Virus record (IMG/VR): IMGVR_UViG_3300044475_000013
Span: 1-45,115 of that record
Reading direction: 5' to 3' (one strand)
Origin: a virus
Taxonomy: Duplodnaviria > Caudoviricetes
DNA length: 45,115 nt
Position numbers and translations under genes: made by a program. A model generated the notes under the pieces. That model had not been told where the DNA came from. It was given only the letters and a program-made list of their open reading frames with translations, and ran no database searches. Shown here piece by piece: positions 35,520 through 43,118 of the stretch. The first letter of the stretch is position 1; each line of letters begins with the position of its first letter.

Positions 35520-36075
35520 CCATAGTTACACAGTGCTATCCATGATTGATAACAGTGATAATCAGTATGTATCACAGAGAGAACAATAGTATGTAATCTA
35601 GTGTACAAAAGAGTGATAACAATAGTGTACAACAGAGAATACAACAGAGAGAACACAGATAGTAAACACAGAGTACAACAGTGAATGACACAGGATAACA
35701 ACAGGGTGACTAATAGTAACTACATAATCACAGGATAGTAATCACAGGGTGAGGTGTGGTGGGGCTAGAGAGCAAAAGAAGTATGCACCCACGAGCACAC
35801 GGATAGACCGATAGCCACAGCACAACAGGTGAACACAGGAGTAACCACAGAGGTAAACACAGATGAACACAGATGAACACAGGGTGACCGTCAGTAACCA
35901 GAGTAACGAGGGTGCCATGGGGGAAAACTCTGGTTGAGGAGGGAGAGACACCCTCGCATAAATATAATAAAATTGGTAGCAACAATACACTCGAACTCTG
36001 ACACACTAGTACAACAGATCACCACAGATAAACACAGCTTACTATCTCAGTAACTATAGTAACTATCTCAGTACC
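35520..36075. repeat. A/C-rich degenerate short-repeat region; probable genome terminus / terminal-repeat zone
   Basis: Many ACACAG/ACAACAG units, three tandem AACACAG(ATG) from 35856, ACTATCTCAGTA twice; lies between the last and first genes. Confidence 0.65.
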
Positions 36076-36095
36076 ATTAAACAAAAATAGTATCC

Positions 36096-36386
36096 CTACG
36101 TATTCGTAGGGATACCGAAGTTGTAATCAGCTAAGGCAAACGCTAGAGGTAATGCTACACAATCAAAGCCACCATAGTTCAGAACATTGTTATTAACCTT
36201 CTCTACACTATCTGTACTATAGAGGTTCAACAGAGCAGTCTTACATTCAGCACTAGTTCTACCAATAGCTGAAGCTACTGAGTTCAGGGTAACCATATCC
36301 TGAGCAACAGGATTCGCAGAGTCAACAACCTTCTGAAGCTCTGCATTGTCAGCTCTCCACCAATAGCTACTGGTTGTAACGCTCAC
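36096..36386 (-). CDS. Hypothetical protein (last late gene)
   Basis: 96 aa; GTG start overlaps the endolysin stop. Confidence 0.65.
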   Translation of the reverse strand: MSVTTSSYWWRADNAELQKVVDSANPVAQDMVTLNSVASAIGRTSAECKTALLNLYSTDSVEKVNNNVLNYGGFDCVALPLAFALADYNFGIPTNT

Positions 36387-36754
36387 TCGCTACCTTTACG
36401 GTTATCCCAACGAGCTTTCTTCGGACGTACATCAATATGAGTCCAAGAATTGTATCGACCAATACCAAAGGCATCAGGATACTTCTGTTCAAGGTAATCC
36501 GCTACAGCATCAGGAGCTACGCCTTGCACTTTAATGTCAGCAGCCTTACCCATCAGGTGTTGACTGAACTGTGCACCACCAACAGCTTTGTTATGCTTCG
36601 CACAACGCTTACCGCTAGTGATTACAGTAGGCTTTCCAAAGTGCTCGCGAACGTCATCCAGTACAGGTAACAATCGTTCATCTACATTAGCGTCACCGCA
36701 TCCGCACTTACATGCGAACTCACTGCGCTTGAAATACTGAGAGGTCCAAGCCAT
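36383..36754 (-). CDS. Endolysin, peptidase M15A family
   Basis: F...EFACKCGC, SG.RC..HN..VGGA..SQH..G.AAD, HID. Confidence 0.92.
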   Translation of the reverse strand: MAWTSQYFKRSEFACKCGCGDANVDERLLPVLDDVREHFGKPTVITSGKRCAKHNKAVGGAQFSQHLMGKAADIKVQGVAPDAVADYLEQKYPDAFGIGRYNSWTHIDVRPKKARWDNRKGSE

Positions 36755-36858
36755 ACTATTCCTTTCTATTAACTTAATCCTTTGGCGTAGTGAACGCCGC
36801 TAAGAACAACACGACACCCGCTACTGTTGCCAAGATTTCTAAACCAGTCACTGCAAAC

Positions 36859-37182
36859 TCACTGCAATCCCAACTGCGGGAACAGTACTTTAACCAGCAG
36901 CTTTACTACATCCAGCGAAGGCTGACCAATCACAAGGATTAGGATAAAGGAGACAGCCTTCCAATTCTCCTTCACAAAGTCCATGATCGGATTCTTATTC
37001 TTCAGGTCAACGACGTGCGCTTCCAGAGAATCAAACCGATCATCGAACTGCTTTGCTAGGGTTTCAAGTTTCACATCCTGACCGTCCATCCGCTTCTCGT
37101 GCTGGCCCTGTACTTGCTCCAGTAGAGCAATCCTCGTTTCCCAGCTCTGGCGGGGCGGGTATTTCGGGGCTTCTTCCGCCAC
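36859..37182 (-). CDS. Coiled-coil protein with C-terminal transmembrane helix (holin-like candidate)
   Basis: GTG start after GGAGG; AVSFILILVIG hydrophobic segment; close to the endolysin. Confidence 0.55.
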   Translation of the reverse strand: MAEEAPKYPPRQSWETRIALLEQVQGQHEKRMDGQDVKLETLAKQFDDRFDSLEAHVVDLKNKNPIMDFVKENWKAVSFILILVIGQPSLDVVKLLVKVLFPQLGLQ

Positions 37183-37276
37183 TAAGACCTCCAATTACTT
37201 TATCGACCAAGAGGCCAATTAGTTTATTCCCGATTTCAATTGTTACGTTGTCTCGGAACTCAGTGAATCTCGACAT
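37064..37276 (-). CDS. Hypothetical protein overlapping the downstream gene
   Basis: GAGGAG RBS before the ATG; 70 aa. Confidence 0.45.
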   Translation of the reverse strand: MSRFTEFRDNVTIEIGNKLIGLLVDKVIGGLSGGRSPEIPAPPELGNEDCSTGASTGPAREADGRSGCET

Positions 37277-37451
37277 CTGGAATCTCCTCGGCTAATACCT
37301 TTTGAATCGGCTTTACGATTTCAGGCAAGCGCGGGTCATCCCAATCTGCTTCACTTTCAATGACATACTGCTTGTCGCCTACAACCCAGCGCGCAATCTG
37401 TGGCCAGATAGCTTGCCCCTTATCAACATCAAGTGCGTCTAGGATTTGCAT
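37260..37451 (-). CDS. Hypothetical protein
   Basis: 63 aa; coupled to the upstream stop. Confidence 0.65.
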   Translation of the reverse strand: MQILDALDVDKGQAIWPQIARWVVGDKQYVIESEADWDDPRLPEIVKPIQKVLAEEIPDVEIH

Positions 37452-38071
37452 TAGATAATCTCCAAAATGACTTTATCTGCGACAAAGATATCACTACCAG
37501 AAGCCAACGTAGCACTTAGTACAAATGGTAGATCGTTCTTAGTGTTCTCAGACGCTACCCAGCGGTTTGTACTGTTAATAGATTGATCGAGTGTACTGGT
37601 ACTAACCATACGCTGGGCGGTTTCACTTGTGTTTGTAACAGTACGGTATGTAATACCATGCTGCGCAGCACTCGAACTAGGGTACTGCATAACCCAAGTA
37701 CTGCCTAGCTTACCGTTCATAGTAAGCGCACCATTTGTACCACTCTTATCGTAGTGGATACGGAGCACAATGGAACCGTCCGCACCCATAAGTCCGCCGG
37801 GGATAATCGTGCTAAGGTATGGTGTATCCGCGGTAGTCCCTGTAATGCTTACCCCCGGTGCGCCAGAGTACCAAGGTTCCTCAAGCTTCCATTTTACACC
37901 ATTACTGAACATCATACGCTTATAGCCATTACTGAATGTTACTAGAGCGTTGTAACCCGGATACACCACTGGGTCCAGGCGTGCAGCCCAACTGAACTCC
38001 GTGTAACGCGGCCCTTTATCCATCGAACTATTCAGTAATGAAATTGGTGGGTTAATAATTAGGTCGCCCAT
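37451..38071 (-). CDS. Beta-rich protein, possibly virion or receptor-binding
   Basis: 206 aa from ATG 38071 (GGAG RBS); Ser/Thr/Gly-rich. Confidence 0.6.
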   Translation of the reverse strand: MGDLIINPPISLLNSSMDKGPRYTEFSWAARLDPVVYPGYNALVTFSNGYKRMMFSNGVKWKLEEPWYSGAPGVSITGTTADTPYLSTIIPGGLMGADGSIVLRIHYDKSGTNGALTMNGKLGSTWVMQYPSSSAAQHGITYRTVTNTSETAQRMVSTSTLDQSINSTNRWVASENTKNDLPFVLSATLASGSDIFVADKVILEII

Positions 38072-39932
38072 TCTTTCTCCATTTGTCAACCAACCCTCGT
38101 GAACCACGAACGGGACGACGAGCGCCACCTTCGTAGCCCATAGGGTTATCCATAAATTCCCGCGACCTTGCTTCCTCTCGTTTCTCTTTCTCAGCCTCAT
38201 CATCAAGCATGATCAAACCGGATAAGTGAGAAACTAGACCTTGCACACAATCAGCCCGGTCATCCTTAGCCAACGAGCCACGGTCATACGTGATGTTAGC
38301 CAGTTGATACAAACCAGAGAATACTGTGCGCTTATCTACAGGGTGCATAGCCGCGAATCTTGCATCATCTTCAATAGCACGTTCATGAACTACAAGACGA
38401 TGACGCCGTGTCAGAGGTGATACTGTATCAATGATACGACGTTCTTTCTGACCAGCGTTGTAGTAACCTTCTACGCCGATGTCAGGGTGCATAGGGTCTT
38501 TAGCCTTACGCTTAATGATCTGCTGGATGAACAGGGATTCCACAGTACCATGGCCCATGTTCTTCTCGACCTTCAAATCCAGCACTTCCATTTCGATCAT
38601 GAGGTCAAGAATGGTATCCATGTTCGCTTCAGTTACACCGCCACGTAGTCCACCCATAGTGAACACATGTACGTAACCATTAGCAGCGCCACCAGCAGCA
38701 AAGGCCACTTCGTCACCACCATCACCAGCAGGGTCAATCACCATGATCTTGTGCATATACGGAATGTACTCAGCGGAGGAGCTGGCACACCAGTACATAC
38801 GTTCACCGGTAAGGTGCTGAACGTAAGGTGACTTATAGAGCAATCGAGGCTCTGCACTGTACTGAATGATTTCAGGCGCAGAAGCAGACGACCATGACCC
38901 AATGATCAGATCACTGAGTTTAATCTTGGTACGCGCAGCGTCAGCCAGAGAGGTATCCAGCATGTACTGCAAGGCGAAACCTTCTGGACCCCAGTCAAGC
39001 TCTTTCTCTTGTAGCGCATCTTCATCATAGCGCACAGGGTCAGCAGGCTGTCCACGAGAGCCATCAATACCACCACCAATCTGCAACAACGGATTCTGCT
39101 TGATAGCCTCCAGAATCATTGGTGCTAGGGTATCCGGCAGATACTTCTGCAACTCTTCGTTAGTCGGATAACGACCTGGCCAGATGCGAACATCGAAGCC
39201 ACGAGAAGGTAGCGTCTTATAGATACTATCCTTAGTCTGCGGTGTACCAAGATACAGAGTCTCACCGTGCGTATTGATAGAGCTGAAGTCCTTTGTCAAG
39301 GCCAGCAGTTGATCACGCATGGTTTGAGTGAGCGAGTTCTTAGTAGTCTCAACATCATCAGGAATCAACAGGTCAGCCCGTTTACCCTGAAGGTTAGCAG
39401 TAACGCCAACACAGGATACAGAGGCAGACTTATCAATAGGCTTCAGGTCGCAGTGAACATCGTAAGCCTCATACGAGGTACGGTCACCACGGGCTTTGTC
39501 AGGACGCAACCAGCAAAGCAGATGCCATTGCTCGATCAATAGAATCACAAGACGTGCAACATCGGATGCCTGATCTTCACCACCAGATACAATAAGAACA
39601 CGGTAGCTCTGATCTTGAATCAAACACCACACAGCATACAAAGCTGCAAGGGTACTCTTGGCCTCACCGCGTTGAGCCTGTACCATTCGTTTCCGTGGGC
39701 CATGCTGCATGTACCATGCGATGTCGCGTTGCATGGGTGATAGGGTGAAACCTAGGTAGCGCATACCCAGCTCGGCAAAGTCAGTGAACTCCCGGAAGGT
39801 AGCAGCCACCATCATAGCCAACTCAAGTCGAGTTTCCTTGTGGATATTCGCAGCAGTTGGTTCTAGCACTTTCGTGCGTTCAGCGATCATGCGGACTCGC
39901 TCTAATACTCGTTCAGATATTCCAGTTTCCAT
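38052..39932 (-). CDS. Terminase large subunit
   Basis: AQRGEAKS, G.RADL...DDVE, LGTPQ, LQYML, IDPAG.GGDE, DDR.D. Confidence 0.96.
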   Translation of the reverse strand: METGISERVLERVRMIAERTKVLEPTAANIHKETRLELAMMVAATFREFTDFAELGMRYLGFTLSPMQRDIAWYMQHGPRKRMVQAQRGEAKSTLAALYAVWCLIQDQSYRVLIVSGGEDQASDVARLVILLIEQWHLLCWLRPDKARGDRTSYEAYDVHCDLKPIDKSASVSCVGVTANLQGKRADLLIPDDVETTKNSLTQTMRDQLLALTKDFSSINTHGETLYLGTPQTKDSIYKTLPSRGFDVRIWPGRYPTNEELQKYLPDTLAPMILEAIKQNPLLQIGGGIDGSRGQPADPVRYDEDALQEKELDWGPEGFALQYMLDTSLADAARTKIKLSDLIIGSWSSASAPEIIQYSAEPRLLYKSPYVQHLTGERMYWCASSSAEYIPYMHKIMVIDPAGDGGDEVAFAAGGAANGYVHVFTMGGLRGGVTEANMDTILDLMIEMEVLDLKVEKNMGHGTVESLFIQQIIKRKAKDPMHPDIGVEGYYNAGQKERRIIDTVSPLTRRHRLVVHERAIEDDARFAAMHPVDKRTVFSGLYQLANITYDRGSLAKDDRADCVQGLVSHLSGLIMLDDEAEKEKREEARSREFMDNPMGYEGGARRPVRGSRGLVDKWRKNGRPNY

Positions 39933-39983
39933 ACTACCTCCTTACTAAGTAGCTCTCCATAGAAAGCCACTAGATAAAGAGTC

Positions 39984-40139
39984 TCAGACTTTACTGAGTA
40001 CATCTTCAATTACAGCAACAACATCATCATCTACCTTGTTGTCTGTCCGCTTGGCCAGTAGCTTTGCGGCATCAACAATCAGGGTCTTGACAGCATCCGA
40101 AGCCAGCAGCTTCAGAGCTACACCGAGGATAGCGCCCAT
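39984..40139 (-). CDS. Small amphipathic protein (TDNKVDD motif)
   Basis: 51 aa from ATG 40139 with AAGGA RBS. Confidence 0.65.
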   Translation of the reverse strand: MGAILGVALKLLASDAVKTLIVDAAKLLAKRTDNKVDDDVVAVIEDVLSKV

Positions 40140-40155
40140 AATTTCCTTTCTGTGT

Positions 40156-40443
40156 TTACATGATACCCGCGAACTTATCGTCTTCCCCCGCAGCTTCTGT
40201 AATAGCAGCAGCACGAGCTTGGCGACGTTCAGCCAGTTCATTCTTGAATTCATCTTTCAACGAACTCATTGTTTCATCATCTGCATCAGCAGTGATGTTG
40301 TTGTTCTTCAGGAACGTAACCATTACACCCTTATCGGCAGCAGCCATAGGGATGCCCTCTTCCCGGCAGATACGAATATCTTCAAGGAACATTTCTGCAA
40401 GGGCTTCATGGAGTTCCGCAAGTCTTGATATCTTAGCGGCCAT
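40156..40443 (-). CDS. Terminase small subunit
   Basis: L.ELH...FLK.N.ITA pattern, size and synteny. Confidence 0.85.
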   Translation of the reverse strand: MAAKISRLAELHEALAEMFLEDIRICREEGIPMAAADKGVMVTFLKNNNITADADDETMSSLKDEFKNELAERRQARAAAITEAAGEDDKFAGIM

Positions 40444-40452
40444 GAAATCTCC

Positions 40453-41574
40453 TTATTCAAAGATCATTTGGAACTTGCTTGCGGCGGTATACGTGGCAAC
40501 ATTAGTGTTAAACAACTTGATACCCGGAGGTGTAGAGTTAACACCTGTATGTACACCCGTACCAAAGTTCGTGGATGCGCCACCACCGACTAGTGCAGAG
40601 AACACTGCACCTGATGCATCAAAGGTTAGCTCTGCATGCCCGTTAGCAATATTGCTTGATGACCCGGCCCAGATAGTGAAACCACTCGCAATTGTACCAC
40701 CTGCTGTTGAGTTACCTGTCCCTAGGGAAGATGCGAACCCAGAGTAACCTGAAGTAATTGGATTACCTCCAGCGTCTAGTAATTGCAGCAGGATACTATC
40801 AGCAGCACTTAACTGCATCTGCATAAAGCGCATGGTAACTTTAGTACACCATGACGGGATACCATTAGCACCAGTGAGGGTAACGCCTTGTAGACCAGAT
40901 AGGCTGATAAGAGGCCCTACCACCTTCCGACCACCACGGGCGTACATTTCAGCAACCTGAGCTGACACAGCGGAAGTGCTCTGCATATCAGCAGTGGTAA
41001 TCACCCCGAACAGCTTGATTGCAAAGCAACCGGTGACGTTTAGGGGGCGGGTCTCTGCGCTTACACGGGGAGTACCATTGAAGCCGTCAGAGGTTATCCC
41101 TGTAGTGTCCGGTGTCACTGCACCTGACCCTACAGTAGTCGAAGCACCAGTTGTGGCGGAACCCGAGCCGGACTTCATTGCCACGCTAGAGCTGAGGCTA
41201 TGGGCGTGGCCTTGCATTGCATCAAGCTGCAACAGGCCGTCTGTACCCGCAGAGCTAGTACCATCCCCACGCAGGAACACTGCACCTGCAGAACCACTAG
41301 ACTTACCGTTGAAGTCAGGCAGTCTGAACGTGGTTGAGCCATCACCCACCGTGAACGAGCCACGGTTAGTATTGGTTGCCCAAGCTGCTTCAGTTACGAC
41401 AGGTACGCGCCCGTTGTTAATTTCATCCCATGCAGAGGGGTACACAGTGCGGGTGAGGAGCTGACCATCCAAAGGGATGAAGCCAGCAGGTAGGAAAGCC
41501 CGTGATGTGAACCACATCACAGACATGATGGGAACGCCACCTACGGCGTCCGCTGATTTACCGAGTTTACTCAT
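40453..41574 (-). CDS. Tail fibre protein with tail-collar domain
   Basis: PAGF...DGQ...R..YP, GDGSTTFRLPD..G.FLRG, QGH.H, ETRP.NV. Confidence 0.88.
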   Translation of the reverse strand: MSKLGKSADAVGGVPIMSVMWFTSRAFLPAGFIPLDGQLLTRTVYPSAWDEINNGRVPVVTEAAWATNTNRGSFTVGDGSTTFRLPDFNGKSSGSAGAVFLRGDGTSSAGTDGLLQLDAMQGHAHSLSSSVAMKSGSGSATTGASTTVGSGAVTPDTTGITSDGFNGTPRVSAETRPLNVTGCFAIKLFGVITTADMQSTSAVSAQVAEMYARGGRKVVGPLISLSGLQGVTLTGANGIPSWCTKVTMRFMQMQLSAADSILLQLLDAGGNPITSGYSGFASSLGTGNSTAGGTIASGFTIWAGSSSNIANGHAELTFDASGAVFSALVGGGASTNFGTGVHTGVNSTPPGIKLFNTNVATYTAASKFQMIFE

Positions 41575-41584
41575 GCTTTATCCT

Positions 41585-42019
41585 TTAGACGAACGCGAAT
41601 ACATCGAGTTGCCAGTTAGCTGGTGTAGCTGCTGCTGCCAGTGTGCCAGTGCTCTTTTGCAGGATAGGTAGACCACCAGAGCCATTGAGGATATATACGT
41701 TGGTACTATCCACTCGCGCCCCAAGACCATACCCGGTAGCTGTACCGGGAGTATCACCACTTATCGGGGATACATAGACTGTATCCCCAACAGAATATCC
41801 TAACTCAGCCGTCTTGCAGGTCAAGCGAATGGATATTAAAGTAGGTACGGCACTCAACCCATGCGCAAGTGTTACCGTAGTACCTGCTGCTGGTAGACTA
41901 GTAGAAGTTAGCTGTGCACGTTTGGTCACTACCAGCTTGGCAATAATGCTATTGATCTGATCAGTGGCCCACTTAATGAACCCAGCAATACCTACAGTTG
42001 TCGCACCGAACTTACTCAT
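41585..42019 (-). CDS. Tail fibre-associated protein
   Basis: 144 aa from MSKFG; TLAHGL..VP..L.C..AELGYSVGD beta-rich pattern. Confidence 0.6.
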   Translation of the reverse strand: MSKFGATTVGIAGFIKWATDQINSIIAKLVVTKRAQLTSTSLPAAGTTVTLAHGLSAVPTLISIRLTCKTAELGYSVGDTVYVSPISGDTPGTATGYGLGARVDSTNVYILNGSGGLPILQKSTGTLAAAATPANWQLDVFAFV

Positions 42020-42354
42020 GGAGTCATTTCCAGATAGGACAGGATTACATCCAGACCAGATGCAGTATCGCACTTAACTTTGAAAGCATCATTTGCCAGT
42101 AGTACGATCTTTTGATCACCACCAACTACGCACTCAGTTTGACCCGGTGCAATCTCGATACTATCTACTAGATAAGTGTCACCGCCAGTATCCGTAATGT
42201 ATGCACTGCCTTTTACAATATTTGCTGTTCGGTTACAGAGTGTGCAGCCAATTAGTGTACCCTGTTGGGTAGCACCAGAACCGTAGCTCAATAGGGTTAC
42301 AGCAGTAGCCCCAACCAAGCGAGACTTTACATTTTTGAAAGTATTTGTTGCCAT
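42016..42354 (-). CDS. Small tail-associated beta-sandwich protein
   Basis: MATNTFKN...K.VL...D...V.C......DV..SYLE; directly follows a fibre ending in MAIALG. Confidence 0.6.
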   Translation of the reverse strand: MATNTFKNVKSRLVGATAVTLLSYGSGATQQGTLIGCTLCNRTANIVKGSAYITDTGGDTYLVDSIEIAPGQTECVVGGDQKIVLLANDAFKVKCDTASGLDVILSYLEMTP

Positions 42355-42356
42355 GT

Positions 42357-43118
42357 TTATCCTAGAGCAATAGCCATTACAATAGCCATCTGGCCAGCAA
42401 TAGCAACAGCTTCCGCAGCCTGTGCATTAGCCGCCGAAGTGGCAGCAGCGCTAGCGGATGCGGCAGCAGAGTTTTTAGAAGTCAAAGCAGCACTAGCCGA
42501 AGAAGCTGCGTTAGCTTCAGAGGTAGACGCATTTGCAGCCGAGGTTGCTGCTGCTGTTTGTGATGCAGTCGCTGAATTCTTTGAGGACAACGCATTAGCT
42601 TCAGAAGTAGCCGCAGCATTCTGTGAAGCTAGGGCAGCTACCCGCGAAGCTTCCGCAGCTACACGCGCTTGGTACGCACCGGAAGCATCAGCTTTATACT
42701 GAAGTAGTGGTACTGCATCGTAGTCATCAATAGCCTGTCCAACCTTAGTCAGACGGTAACCGTGGAAATTCAAGTCCTGATAGAAGTCCGTTTGGGTTGC
42801 ACCCTCAGCAGTCTCCTGAGCTAAGAACAGCATTTGATTGAAGTTATCGTCAATCGTACTATCCTTGAACATAGCACCTTTATCAAAGATATGGTAAGGC
42901 TCATTGAACTTCGTTTTACGGGCTACCTTAACTTCTAGACCATTGGTTACAGCAGTAGTGAACAGGATGTCATTACCATCCCAATTCCAAGTAGTGCCGA
43001 CAGGGTTCAGAATGTCCGCCACATAGACGGACAAATCTGTTTTGTCAAAGTACTTGATGTTAATAACGACACGTTTCAAGGTGCCGTCTGATACAGCACG
43101 TTGAATGCTATATGCCAT
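42357..43118 (-). CDS. Short tail fibre / adaptor with T7 gp17-like N-terminal domain
   Basis: gp17-like N-terminus (ID.NF.Q.LF.AQE), Ala/Ser coiled-coil repeats, C-terminal MAIALG. Confidence 0.85.
   Translation of the reverse strand: MAYSIQRAVSDGTLKRVVINIKYFDKTDLSVYVADILNPVGTTWNWDGNDILFTTAVTNGLEVKVARKTKFNEPYHIFDKGAMFKDSTIDDNFNQMLFLAQETAEGATQTDFYQDLNFHGYRLTKVGQAIDDYDAVPLLQYKADASGAYQARVAAEASRVAALASQNAAATSEANALSSKNSATASQTAAATSAANASTSEANAASSASAALTSKNSAAASASAAATSAANAQAAEAVAIAGQMAIVMAIALG

Noticed and set aside
35399-36006. Cys/Leu/Val-rich ORFs in the terminal zone
   Set aside because: By-products of the CTGTGT-type repeats, with no clear RBS.
35560-36075. CRISPR-like array
   Set aside because: Units are short and degenerate with no constant repeat-spacer period; no cas genes.
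42420-42670. Ala/Ser repeats in the tail fibre as a DNA repeat element
   Set aside because: Ordinary coiled-coil protein repeats common in phage fibres.
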